A stretch of DNA of 64,000 nt, from assembly GCA_965263365.1 (NCBI GenBank), contig OZ253672.1, forward strand, positions 622,686-686,685, in the 5' to 3' direction. The DNA comes from Paracoccaceae bacterium. GTDB taxonomy: Bacteria > Pseudomonadota > Alphaproteobacteria > Rhodobacterales > Rhodobacteraceae. Positions 18,605 through 27,884 of this stretch are shown piece after piece. Each line of letters starts with the position of its first letter. The first letter of the stretch is position 1. The position numbers and the translations under genes were made by a program. The notes beneath the pieces are model-generated. The model searched no databases and had not been told where the DNA came from. It saw only the letters and a program-made list of their open reading frames with translations.

Positions 18605-19251
18605 AGATAATTCAACGCCCAAGTCCGAATTTTAACGCCCGTAAAGATGGAAAGACCGCGCAGTATGTTTTGCTTCATTTTACGGCGATGGAAAATGCAG
18701 AGGTCGCGTGTGAAAGGCTTTGTAATTCTGAAATCGAAGTCTCGGCTCATTATGTACTTGCAGAGAATGGTGATGTTTTTGCATTGGTGGACGAACACAT
18801 GCGAGCTTGGCACGCAGGCGCAAGTTTTTGGGCAGGTGAAGAAGATTTGAATTCGGCGTCCATTGGGATTGAGATTGACAATAATGGGGCGCAACCGTTT
18901 CGCGAAGCGCAATACCAAGCGCTTGTTGAATTGGTAAATGCGGTTAGATCGCGACATGACATTCCGGCTCATAACGTTTTAGGCCATCAAGATGTTGCGA
19001 TTGGGCGTAAATTTGATCCGGGACCTTGGTTTGATTGGGCGCGCCTTGATGCGGAGGCGGTCGCAAGGGCACCGCATGCAGATATTAAAGTGCCAAAAAG
19101 CGAGGAGGGGTTTCGTGCGTTGGCAGCCTCCGCGGGATATAAAGGCGATGCTGAGTTGAGCGCTTTGTTGATGACGGTTCGTATGCGTCATGGCTCCACA
19201 CCTTATTTTGGTCCTCTCCGCGCAAGTGATTTTAAGCTATTGAATAAATGA
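18601..19251 (+). CDS. N-acetylmuramoyl-L-alanine amidase (Amidase_2, AmpD/AmiD-like)
   Basis: SPNFNAR...YVLLHFTAM..., SAHYVL..NG, AWHAGASFW and SIGIEIDNNG motifs. ATGA overlap with the rluB-like stop. Confidence 0.85.
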   Translation: MKIIQRPSPNFNARKDGKTAQYVLLHFTAMENAEVACERLCNSEIEVSAHYVLAENGDVFALVDEHMRAWHAGASFWAGEEDLNSASIGIEIDNNGAQPFREAQYQALVELVNAVRSRHDIPAHNVLGHQDVAIGRKFDPGPWFDWARLDAEAVARAPHADIKVPKSEEGFRALAASAGYKGDAELSALLMTVRMRHGSTPYFGPLRASDFKLLNK

Positions 19252-19880
19252 AAAAGTGGATTTTATTCGGTTTGATTATGTTGGCTTGCTTACGAATAGA
19301 CTGGCGAGCTTGGCCTGAGGCGCAACCAGATGAGCAGTCGATTTACTTGATTGATAATGGAATGCACATCTCCTTTGTGTTTTTAGAATCTCAACGTGAA
19401 TACGCACCCGAAAAGTTGAAATCTGTTTGGCCAAACCACGCTCGATTCGTTCAGATGGGGTGGGGAGATCGTGGTTTTTATTTTGAGGCAGGGGATTGGG
19501 GAAATCTGAATTTATCAATGACTGCGAAAGCCATTCTTTGGCCAAGTTCTGCGGTGATCAATGTACAAGAGACATTCGCGAACCCTGAAGACTATATTCA
19601 AGAGCCTTATGTTCAGAAAATACGTTTGAGTAAGAATAAATTAGAAGACTTGCTGAATGGCATTTCAAAAGACATTGCTTCGGTGAAATCTTTGGGCAGT
19701 GGGCCGTTTCCCGATGGAAATTTTTATGATGCGAATGGGACCTATCATTTGTTTCATACCTGTAATGGCTGGGTTTCAAAACATTTGAGGAATATTGGAA
19801 TTCCTTCTTCGGCTCTGTTTTCGACGCATTCTTGGGCGGTCATGCGTGAATTAGAATGGCGCAGCGCGAACTTGAATTAA
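19248..19880 (+). CDS. conserved hypothetical protein (TIGR02117/DUF2459-like)
   Basis: 210 aa with a hydrophobic N-terminus. IYLIDNGMHISFVF and GWGDRGFY motifs resemble the family recalled as TIGR02117. ATGA overlap with the amidase stop. Confidence 0.55.
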   Translation: MKKWILFGLIMLACLRIDWRAWPEAQPDEQSIYLIDNGMHISFVFLESQREYAPEKLKSVWPNHARFVQMGWGDRGFYFEAGDWGNLNLSMTAKAILWPSSAVINVQETFANPEDYIQEPYVQKIRLSKNKLEDLLNGISKDIASVKSLGSGPFPDGNFYDANGTYHLFHTCNGWVSKHLRNIGIPSSALFSTHSWAVMRELEWRSANLN

Positions 19881-19983
19881 ATTCCCTACGAATTGGTCAT
19901 AAAATTTAAAAATTTGAGTAATTACTTTGATATTTCTTACCTCTTAATTATTGAAAAGATTATCAATCGGCGCTAAATGAAAC

Positions 19984-20351
19984 GCGCGGATGGTAAGATG
20001 GTCGCGCTTTGTTTGCAACTGTGAGTGAAGTGAGGAAAGTCCGGACTCCAGGAAACAACGATGCCAGATAACGTCTGGCCAAGGTAACTTGAGGGAAAGC
20101 GCCACAGAAAATAAACCGCCAGCAATGGTAAGGGTGAAAAGGTGCGGTAAGAGCGCACCGCGGGCTTGGCAACAAGGCCGGCATGGCAAGCCCCATCGGG
20201 AGCAAGGCCGAATAGGAAAAGCGTGCGTATGCGAGGTTGTTTCGCCTCAGCTTTTCGGGTTGGCTGCTAGAGCGTTAAGGTGACTTAACGTCGAGATGAA
20301 TGATCGTCGGGGCGCAAGCCTTACAGAATCCGGCTTATGCGCCATCCGCAA
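19984..20351 (+). ncRNA. rnpB: RNase P RNA, bacterial type A
   Basis: Universally conserved GAGGAAAGTCCGGACTCC (about 20031-20048) and ACAGAATCCGGCTTAT (about 20324-20339). P1 pairing of GCGGATGG (19986-19993) with CCATCCGC (20342-20349). GGTAAGGGTGAAAAGGTGCGGTAAGAGCGCACC is the specificity-domain consensus. Only short mutually overlapping ORFs occur here. Confidence 0.92.
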
Positions 20352-20450
20352 TTTTATCTAAACTCGCGACTTTGAGTTGAGAATCGCCTTTTTTAAGACG
20401 AGCGCGTTGATCTTGATGCTATTATAGCTCTTCGGTAATTAATGCGCTCA

Positions 20451-21350
20451 CTAGGTTAGCCGTTTGGGAAAGCCTTTTGCACGTAGATCGGTATTTAAAC
20501 GGTCTTCAAGAAGTTTTGCAATTTTTGGTGATTGCGCATCACCGCCATAAGCGGCTTTGGCTTCGACGTAAGTTTGTTCGGTCGCGGCTGCAAGCTGTAA
20601 GGGAACGCCAAATTCGCGTCCAAACGTAAGGGCAAAGTCCAAATCCTTAAGCGCGAGATCCATATCAAATCCGACGTCATAAGAGCCATTCAATATAAGG
20701 GCGCCTTCGGTTTCATGAACAAAGCTATTTCCTGAGCTTGCTTTAATCGCGGCCCATGCTTGAGCGAGATCAAGACCGCCGCGTTTGGCGAGCATTAATG
20801 CTTCTGTGCTTGCCTTGAGATGAATAAAGGCGAGCATGTTGGTGATGACTTTAATAATGGACGCGCTGCCGACATCTCCCATATGAAATATTTGGTTTCC
20901 CATTGCGCGTATCGCTTTTTCATGTAACTCAAATACGTCTTTTTTTCCACCGACAAGCATTGTGATTTCACCTCTTTTTGCGAGATGAACACCTCCTGTT
21001 ACAGGGAGCTCAAGAAACTGTATCTCGTGATCTTCAGCCTGTTTTGCGAATGACAAAATATCATCTCTTGAAACTGTGGACATTTCAATGAGTGTAGCAC
21101 CCTTAGGCATAACCGGCAGAATTTGTTGAAGAACCTGTTCCGAAATCCGTGGGTTCGGCAAGCATGTGATGACCGCATCCATATTTGCGGCACAATTCAC
21201 TTCGTCTGAGGCTATTTTTGCGCCCAATTTTTCTAAAGGAGCCATAGTTTCGGCGTTGATATCAAAGATCGTGACTTCAAATTCGGCGTTTAACAATGAG
21301 CCAATTAAACCCGCGCCAAGCTCACCACATCCAATGAAGCCGTACTTCAT
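20451..21350 (-). CDS. NAD(P)-dependent beta-hydroxyacid dehydrogenase (3-hydroxyisobutyrate dehydrogenase family)
   Basis: N-terminal YGFIGCGELG Rossmann motif. HIBADH-type core (MLVGG...F....GDVGSASIIKVITNML) and C-terminal helical domain. ATGA overlap with the MttB-family stop. Confidence 0.85.
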   Translation of the reverse strand: MKYGFIGCGELGAGLIGSLLNAEFEVTIFDINAETMAPLEKLGAKIASDEVNCAANMDAVITCLPNPRISEQVLQQILPVMPKGATLIEMSTVSRDDILSFAKQAEDHEIQFLELPVTGGVHLAKRGEITMLVGGKKDVFELHEKAIRAMGNQIFHMGDVGSASIIKVITNMLAFIHLKASTEALMLAKRGGLDLAQAWAAIKASSGNSFVHETEGALILNGSYDVGFDMDLALKDLDFALTFGREFGVPLQLAAATEQTYVEAKAAYGGDAQSPKIAKLLEDRLNTDLRAKGFPKRLT

Positions 21351-22891
21351 GACAAGCTCTCGAGGTGAATTTTAAAGGTCGACCTCAATTGGGAATCTAG
21401 TTCAGCCGATAAATGAGGTTGATGTTGGTCATAAAGAGTACGCATACGTTCTTGCGCGCTTTTTATGAGGTCGGGCTTTTGCATTTCCTCCCATAGCTTT
21501 GGGGAATTGCGATCTGCGATTGTTGGGTAAACATATTCGGTTTGCATTATAGAAAGAGTTTGTGCATGTCCAAGATAATGACCTGGTCCCTCGAGACAAA
21601 CCGATCTCATGGTCTCAAGGCTTATACTATCTGCGGTTACGTCAATTCCGCGCACACACCTCATAACTTGCGCCAACATATCATCGCCTAAGACTACAGA
21701 CTCCAAACAAAAGCCTAGCAGGCTAGCGTGCATGCCAACAGCTTCATAGACAACGTTCAAGCCTGAAAGCCCAGCCATCACATTGCTTATGCCTTGCTCC
21801 CAGCCAGCTTGCATGTCAGGGAGTTTACTATCCGCAATACCCGCTGCTGCGCCACCAGGAATGCCATAGAAATGGTGCATTTGCGCGCAGCCTGCAGATA
21901 GGAGAGCTTGTTCGCCAGATCCTCCAGACATAGCGCCTGTGCGCAAGTCACTTACAAAAGGCCAAGTTCCAAAAATCGCCGGGTGACCGGGCTTGATCGA
22001 ATAAACATATACGACACCGGCTAAACACTCAGCCACGGCTTGAACAATCGCGGTGGCGATGGGTGTGGGCGCTGTGGCGCCCGCTTGCCCTGCGCTCAGA
22101 AGTAACACAGGCATGCCCGCATGAATCATGGCCTCCATGGCCTGACAGCTTTCGGTAGCAAATTTCATAGGCGGAACCACAAAGCAATTAGAATTGGAGA
22201 TGAAAGGGCGCTCGCGCCATTGGTCTTCGCCACCCGCGATCATGTGAACCATCTTCACAATGTCTTCACAATGAGAGGGGTCGGAAATAGACGTGCCAAT
22301 GTGTTTAGTGGTCCCCGCAGTGCAGGCATAAATTGTATTGAGATCCATCTCAAGATTATCGGTAATGTCGCGACAAACCATAGGCCTTTGGAGGAAATGA
22401 ATATTGTCACAACCGTCAACAAGGCGCGCCGCGTCATAGAGATCTTTTAGTGTACTATCGCGGTAGTTCCGTCCGTCGACATCAACAACGCTCACTGCAG
22501 CGCCCGCTGTTCCAAAATAAACCCGCTTGTCACCAATGTTAAGATCGTGTTTGGCGTCGCGCCCATAAAGCGTAATTTCTTTTGGTGCCGCAGCTAAGGC
22601 ATCTTCGACAAGGGACCGAGGATAGCGAAGTCGACCATCTTCGCCGAGGATCGCGCCGGCCTTGACCATGGCATCAATGCCAGACTGGGGTGCATCCGCC
22701 AATCCAATATTCTCAAGCGCGTCTAAAGCGGCATGATGAATTTTAAGAACATCATCATCTGAAAGAGGTCGATAAGTTCCTCCATTCATACCCCCATAAA
22801 CCGGACGCAATTCCTCTGCTAAAGGAGCTGATCTGACTGCAATTCGGCTTGCGCGCCCGCCGGCGCGACGAGATTTTCTTTCGGCTCTCAT
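21347..22891 (-). CDS. MttB-superfamily (trimethylamine methyltransferase family) protein, non-pyrrolysine type
   Basis: 514-aa uninterrupted ORF. The Arg-rich N-terminus (RRAGGRASR) followed by LSDDDVLKIHHAALDALENIGL is typical of proteobacterial MttB homologues. There is no in-frame TAG. ATGA overlaps occur at both ends. Confidence 0.82.
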   Translation of the reverse strand: MRAERKSRRAGGRASRIAVRSAPLAEELRPVYGGMNGGTYRPLSDDDVLKIHHAALDALENIGLADAPQSGIDAMVKAGAILGEDGRLRYPRSLVEDALAAAPKEITLYGRDAKHDLNIGDKRVYFGTAGAAVSVVDVDGRNYRDSTLKDLYDAARLVDGCDNIHFLQRPMVCRDITDNLEMDLNTIYACTAGTTKHIGTSISDPSHCEDIVKMVHMIAGGEDQWRERPFISNSNCFVVPPMKFATESCQAMEAMIHAGMPVLLLSAGQAGATAPTPIATAIVQAVAECLAGVVYVYSIKPGHPAIFGTWPFVSDLRTGAMSGGSGEQALLSAGCAQMHHFYGIPGGAAAGIADSKLPDMQAGWEQGISNVMAGLSGLNVVYEAVGMHASLLGFCLESVVLGDDMLAQVMRCVRGIDVTADSISLETMRSVCLEGPGHYLGHAQTLSIMQTEYVYPTIADRNSPKLWEEMQKPDLIKSAQERMRTLYDQHQPHLSAELDSQLRSTFKIHLESLS

Positions 22892-25344
22892 GATTTCATC
22901 CTTTCAGAGGTCGGGTCATAAAATGGCTTTATTGAGGCTTTAGCTTTCACGCGACTACCCGCAATTTCGATTTCATACTGACTTGAAAGTAGTGCGGTTA
23001 CATCTTCACCTTCGCAAGGAACGTAGCCCATGCCAAGGGCTGCCCCAAGATAATGTCCGTAGCTTCCAGAACTAAGATAGCCAACGAGTTCCCCATCTCG
23101 CAAAATCGGTTCATTATGATAAAGTAGGGGTTCTGGATCCGCAAGCATGAATTGAACCATTCGCGTTGACAGACCCTTTTCACGTTTGTCTAATACGGCC
23201 TCGCGTCCGATATATGCGTGCTTGTTTTTCCCCACCGCGAAGCCAAGTCCGGCTTCAAGAACATGATCTTCACTGGTGATGTCGTGTCCAAAATGTCTGA
23301 ATGATTTTTCCAAACGGCAACTATCCATCATATGCATGCCACAAAGTTTTCCACCGAGCTCATTTAATTGTCTTTCTACGGTTTCAAATCCATGAAGTGC
23401 CATATCGCTGCTAAGATAAATTTCCCATCCAAGCTCACCGACGTACGAAACTCGGTGCGCGCGCGCCATTCCCATTCCCAACTCAATTTCACGTGCCGTG
23501 CCAAAAGGAAACGCATCATTGCTAAAATCGTTGGAGGATACTTTTTCCATGAGTTTTCGTGCATTAGGTCCCATGATCGCGAGAACGCCTTCGCTTGCGG
23601 TTACATCTGTCAAAACAACGTGTAAATCGCCGATGTGGCGGCGCATCCATGTTTCGTCCGCTAGGCGCGTAGCCGCTGGCGTAACGACAATATATGCGGT
23701 TTCCGACAAACGTGTTACCGTGACATCTGCTTCGATACCAGCGCTTGAATTGAGAAACTGCGTGTAGACAATTTTGCCAACGGGTACCGATATGTCCGCG
23801 CCGCAAACTAAATTTAAGAAATTTTCGCTATCTCTGCCTTCCACCCGAATTTTTCCAAAACTCGACATATCATAAACACCAACGTTCTCACGTATTGCCA
23901 TATGCTCTGCGCGGGCATTCTCAAACCAATTTTGGCGTTGCCATGAGTACTGATAACTGCGTTTTTGATCAGGATTTGCAAACCAATTCGCACGCTCCCA
24001 ACCAGCGATTTCACCCATTACGGCACCGTTTGCTAAAAGGCGATCGTGAAAGGGGGTGCGCCGAACGCCTCTTGCGGTCGCTTTTTGACGATAAGGAAAA
24101 TGGTCTGCATAAAGAAGACCTAAAGTCTCTTTGGCGCGCTCAAAGAGGTAGGTTTTATTGCCTTGAAACGGTTGCATACGTGAAATATCCACATCGCCCA
24201 AATCGAATGGTTTTTCTCCGCTATCCATCCATTCTGCCAAGGCTTTTCCAGCACCGCCGGCACTTTGGATGCCAATCGAATTAAACCCAGCCGCGACCCA
24301 AACATTGTCCATTTCTGGCGCGAGCCCCAAATGATAGGCGTCATCAGGCGTAAAGCTCTCAGGCCCGTTAAAGAAGGTGTGAATTCCTGCGTCTGCCAGC
24401 ATTGGCAAGCGATTCATTGCTTGCTCGAATATGGGTTCGAAATGGTTGATGTCTTCGGGCAATTGGTCAAACTCGAAACTTTCGGGAATCCCATCCATGC
24501 CCCAAGGTTTGGCATTGGGCTCGAAAGCGCCAAGTAAAATTTTGCCAGCATCTTCTTTGTAATAGGCACACTCATCAGGAACGCGTAAAACGGGGAGGCT
24601 GCTAAGCCCAGAAATCGCTTCGGTGACAACGTAAAAATGTTCACACGCGTGAAGCGGAACATTCGTCCCCATCGCGCGCCCGACTTGATGCCCCCACATG
24701 CCGGCACAATTGATGACGTTTTCTGTCTCGATTGTTCCAGCGTCATCACCAGATTGCCAATGAACGCGCGTGATACGCCGACTTTCGCGATCAAAATTTG
24801 TTGCCTTAACGTTTTCAAAAATCTGTGCGCCGTTTTGTCGAGCCCCTTTAGCCAGTGCAAGCGCGATATTAGCGGGGTCGCCTTGACCATCTTTCGGAAG
24901 GTAAACACCACCCAAAACATCGTCTGTATTGAGGTGTGAATAGCGATTTTTGACTTCTAATGCGCTAATGTCTTCAACTTCAACGCCGAACGCACGCGCC
25001 ATAGATGCAGATCGTCGAAGCTCTTCAAGACGTTCGTCAGTTAGGGCGACCGTGATCGAGCCGACGCGTTTGAAACCTGTTTCTACACCTGTTTCTTCGG
25101 CAAGCTCGCCGTAAAGTTCTTGCGAATATTTGGCAAGTTTTGTCATGTTGGCTGTGGCACGCAGCTGAGCAATAAGGCCTGCGGCATGCCAAGTGGTTCC
25201 CGACGTAAGCTGCTTTCTTTCTAACAAAACAATATCGCGCCAACCTATCTTAGCAAGATGATAAGCAACAGAGCAGCCGATTACACCACCCCCAATTATG
25301 ACTGCACGCGCTTTTTGTGGGGGACAGTTGGGCGAAGTTGTCAT
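22888..25344 (-). CDS. FAD-dependent dehydrogenase fused to GcvT-type folate-binding domain (dimethylglycine/sarcosine dehydrogenase family)
   Basis: N-terminal DAO motif AVIIGGGVIGCSVAYHL and SGTTWHAAGL. The C-terminal aminomethyltransferase-like half contains GELGWEIY. The start is placed at ATG 25342-25344, which overlaps the upstream stop (ATGA). Confidence 0.9.
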   Translation of the reverse strand: MTTSPNCPPQKARAVIIGGGVIGCSVAYHLAKIGWRDIVLLERKQLTSGTTWHAAGLIAQLRATANMTKLAKYSQELYGELAEETGVETGFKRVGSITVALTDERLEELRRSASMARAFGVEVEDISALEVKNRYSHLNTDDVLGGVYLPKDGQGDPANIALALAKGARQNGAQIFENVKATNFDRESRRITRVHWQSGDDAGTIETENVINCAGMWGHQVGRAMGTNVPLHACEHFYVVTEAISGLSSLPVLRVPDECAYYKEDAGKILLGAFEPNAKPWGMDGIPESFEFDQLPEDINHFEPIFEQAMNRLPMLADAGIHTFFNGPESFTPDDAYHLGLAPEMDNVWVAAGFNSIGIQSAGGAGKALAEWMDSGEKPFDLGDVDISRMQPFQGNKTYLFERAKETLGLLYADHFPYRQKATARGVRRTPFHDRLLANGAVMGEIAGWERANWFANPDQKRSYQYSWQRQNWFENARAEHMAIRENVGVYDMSSFGKIRVEGRDSENFLNLVCGADISVPVGKIVYTQFLNSSAGIEADVTVTRLSETAYIVVTPAATRLADETWMRRHIGDLHVVLTDVTASEGVLAIMGPNARKLMEKVSSNDFSNDAFPFGTAREIELGMGMARAHRVSYVGELGWEIYLSSDMALHGFETVERQLNELGGKLCGMHMMDSCRLEKSFRHFGHDITSEDHVLEAGLGFAVGKNKHAYIGREAVLDKREKGLSTRMVQFMLADPEPLLYHNEPILRDGELVGYLSSGSYGHYLGAALGMGYVPCEGEDVTALLSSQYEIEIAGSRVKAKASIKPFYDPTSERMKS

Positions 25345-27785
25345 GCGCGTATTCGTTCGTTTTTCGGATCCCATATCGGACCATCTTCCAAAATCGTAGC
25401 GGCGTATTTTTCACCATAGATTTCCACCTGAACCTTCTGGCCGGCTTGAGCAAATTCTGAAGAAATCATGCCAAGTGCAATATTTGCATTAACGCGGTAT
25501 CCCCAGGCGCTAGATGTGGTTTCTCCGACAATTTTGTCATCAATCCAAATTGTCGACATATAAGGTGCACAATAGTTATCGCAATCGAGCGTCATGCTGA
25601 CGAATTGCTTGGTAACACCTTGCTGCTTTTCGTTTAAGATCGCTGCCTTGCCAACAAATTCTTGAGGCTTATCAAGTTTAACAAATCTCTCTAAACCACC
25701 TTCTAGAATAGAATAATCCGTCGAAAGATCGCCTTTCCACGTGCGATAAGCTTTTTCAATGCGCAGCGAATCAAGTGCAAACATGCCAAATGGCTTCGCG
25801 CCAGCATCAAGAACAGCTTCATAAATATTCGGCATATTCTCGTTGCGTGCGTGAATCTCCCAACCTAGCTCGCCCGCAAAACTGACACGTGCAAGGAAGC
25901 AGGGCTCGCCCGCGACATCAGCGTTCTGGTGGGAAAGCCAAGGCAAGGTTAAATCAGCATTTGAACTGATTTTCTCAAATAATTCGCGAGATTTTGGACC
26001 TGTAACAATAAGCGTACTAAAGTCTTTCGTCAGGTCACTTAAGGCTAAAGAGCTTGGAAGCGCATTTTTTAGAACTTCGAAATCATGCCATTGAGCGCTT
26101 GCTGCCGTAATCAGCGTGAATGTGTCTTCACCGTGATTTATAATTGACATTTCTGTCAAAATACGTCCGCGGGAATTGGAAAAATATCCCAGGCTCATGC
26201 GCCCTTCTTTAGGCAGTGCACCTGTGATTTGCGTAAGTAGCCATTCGCCTGCACCTTTCCCAGTCAGCTCGAAACGCGAGAAGCCAGGCAAATCTAAGAC
26301 GCCGACATGATCGCGCACGGCTTCGCATTCTTCTGCAATGCGCTGTTCCCATGGCCCAAGACGTGACCAAGTTTGTGTTGCTTCCTCCGAAATGTCATCT
26401 CCATCTTTAGCGAACCAATTTGCGCGTTCCCAGCCGCTAAAAACGCCCATTTGTGCCCCTAATGATTTGACTTTTTGATGAACGGGAGAGACTTTTCGGT
26501 CGGGTGCGGCGGGCCAACGATGATGCGGGAAGTGCATTGCGTATTCATGCCCATAGACTTCCATGCCCTTTTCATTGCAATATTCTTGATCAGTGTAATC
26601 AGTATAGCGTCTAGGATCGAGCGCCCAACAATCCCACTCGGTCTGTCCTTCGATAATCCATTCGCTTAGAATTTTTCCAGCTCCACCGGCTTGAGCGATT
26701 CCGAATGTAAATACACATGCCTCAAACGCATTTTCAACACCGGGCATAGGTCCAATCAAAGGTAGGCCATCAGGTGCGTAAGGGATAGGCCCGTTTATGA
26801 CGCGATTAATACCGCCAGTTCCAAGCAAGGGCACACGGGCCATTGCATCTTCGATATGCCATTCAATGCGATCAAGATCATCGGGATAAAGTTGAAATGA
26901 GAAATCCTCGGGCATGGGATCGTTTGGATCTAACCATGCCGCTTTGCAAGTATTTTCATAGGGGCCGAGATTGAACCCATGTTTCTCTTGACGCAAATAA
27001 TAAGAGCTATCCACATCGCGGAGTAGGGGCAACTTGCCGTGTTCGGCGCTATATGCCTCAAGTTCGGGAATTTCTTCGGAAAGTAAATATTGGTGGCTCA
27101 TGACCATCATCGGGACCGTGCGTCCCCCATAAGGTTTAAACCATTCTCCAACACGTTGAGCGTAATATCCGGCGGCATTGACAACATATTCTGCGCGTAT
27201 TTCACCCTTTTCGGTCTCAATAATCCACTCTCCATTCTCACGACGAACACCGGTTGCGGGCGTGAAGCGTAAAATTTTTGCGCCCAAATCGCGCGCACCT
27301 TTGGCTAATGCTTGTGTGAGCTGTGCGGGATCAATGTCACCATCAGCAGGATCATAAAGCGCGCCTTCGAGATCATGAAGTTCGATAAAAGGATATCTTG
27401 ATTTAATTTCGTCAACTTCAAGGAGCTCCAGCTCCATGCCTTGATACTTGCCCATATCTTTTGCGCGGGCGAATTCCTGCATGCGTTCTTTTGAATGCGC
27501 GAGCCGAATTGAGCCTGTCACATGATAATTCATGGGATAATCAACCTCTTCGCCGAGTCTGCGATAAAGTTCAGTTGAATAACGCTGCATATTCATAACT
27601 GCCCAGCTCGATGAGAATGTCGGAACATTTCCGGCTGCGTGCCATGTAGACCCAGCAGTTAATTCATTTTTTTCAAGCAAAACACAGTCATTCCATCCTG
27701 CTTTTGCTAAGTGATAAAGGCAGCTTGCGCCGATCGCGCCTCCGCCAATAATGACAATACGTGCTTGGGTTGGAAAATCACTCAT
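25341..27785 (-). CDS. FAD-dependent dehydrogenase fused to GcvT-type folate-binding domain (dimethylglycine/sarcosine dehydrogenase family), paralogue
   Basis: IVIIGGGAIGASCLYHL, AGSTWHAAGN and GELGWEIH motifs. The start is placed at ATG 27783-27785 (MSDFPTQ) with a GGGAG RBS. The ORF-track start 27836 lies inside a promoter palindrome. Confidence 0.9.
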   Translation of the reverse strand: MSDFPTQARIVIIGGGAIGASCLYHLAKAGWNDCVLLEKNELTAGSTWHAAGNVPTFSSSWAVMNMQRYSTELYRRLGEEVDYPMNYHVTGSIRLAHSKERMQEFARAKDMGKYQGMELELLEVDEIKSRYPFIELHDLEGALYDPADGDIDPAQLTQALAKGARDLGAKILRFTPATGVRRENGEWIIETEKGEIRAEYVVNAAGYYAQRVGEWFKPYGGRTVPMMVMSHQYLLSEEIPELEAYSAEHGKLPLLRDVDSSYYLRQEKHGFNLGPYENTCKAAWLDPNDPMPEDFSFQLYPDDLDRIEWHIEDAMARVPLLGTGGINRVINGPIPYAPDGLPLIGPMPGVENAFEACVFTFGIAQAGGAGKILSEWIIEGQTEWDCWALDPRRYTDYTDQEYCNEKGMEVYGHEYAMHFPHHRWPAAPDRKVSPVHQKVKSLGAQMGVFSGWERANWFAKDGDDISEEATQTWSRLGPWEQRIAEECEAVRDHVGVLDLPGFSRFELTGKGAGEWLLTQITGALPKEGRMSLGYFSNSRGRILTEMSIINHGEDTFTLITAASAQWHDFEVLKNALPSSLALSDLTKDFSTLIVTGPKSRELFEKISSNADLTLPWLSHQNADVAGEPCFLARVSFAGELGWEIHARNENMPNIYEAVLDAGAKPFGMFALDSLRIEKAYRTWKGDLSTDYSILEGGLERFVKLDKPQEFVGKAAILNEKQQGVTKQFVSMTLDCDNYCAPYMSTIWIDDKIVGETTSSAWGYRVNANIALGMISSEFAQAGQKVQVEIYGEKYAATILEDGPIWDPKNERIRA

Positions 27786-27854
27786 AATTGCTCCCGTATT
27801 TTTTGCTAGATTGCGCATTTTGAATGAAAAATTCAATACATAAATGCACTTTTA

Positions 27855-27875
27855 TTAATCGAAAAAATCGATTAA
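27855..27875. promoter_or_regulatory. candidate LysR-type operator (T-N11-A inside an 8-bp-arm palindrome)
   Basis: TTAATCGA-aaaaa-TCGATTAA, located 10 nt upstream of the LysR ATG in the divergent intergenic region. A second palindrome, TTGAAT-gaaaa-ATTCAA, lies at 27820-27836. Confidence 0.4.
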
Positions 27876-27884
27876 ATATTTACT

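Noticed and set aside
19944-20283. Four overlapping 60-81-aa ORFs on both strands (19944..20189, 19963..20205, 19973..20158, 20089..20283).
   Set aside because: They lie entirely inside the RNase P RNA gene, whose conserved GAGGAAAGTCCGG and ACAGAATCCGGCTTA elements and P1 pairing explain the region. Their products are Pro/Arg/Cys-rich and not protein-like.
21347-22891. A pyrrolysine-type (amber-containing) trimethylamine methyltransferase.
   Set aside because: The ORF is continuous with no in-frame TAG, and no pyl genes are nearby. It belongs to the non-Pyl branch of the family.
24414-24920. A 168-aa alternative-frame ORF on the same (minus) strand inside the dehydrogenase gene. The 147-aa ORF 18529..18972 is similar: antisense to the plus-strand rluB-like 3' end and amidase gene.
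   Set aside because: Both are embedded in well-supported genes, have no motifs, and have no independent RBS context.
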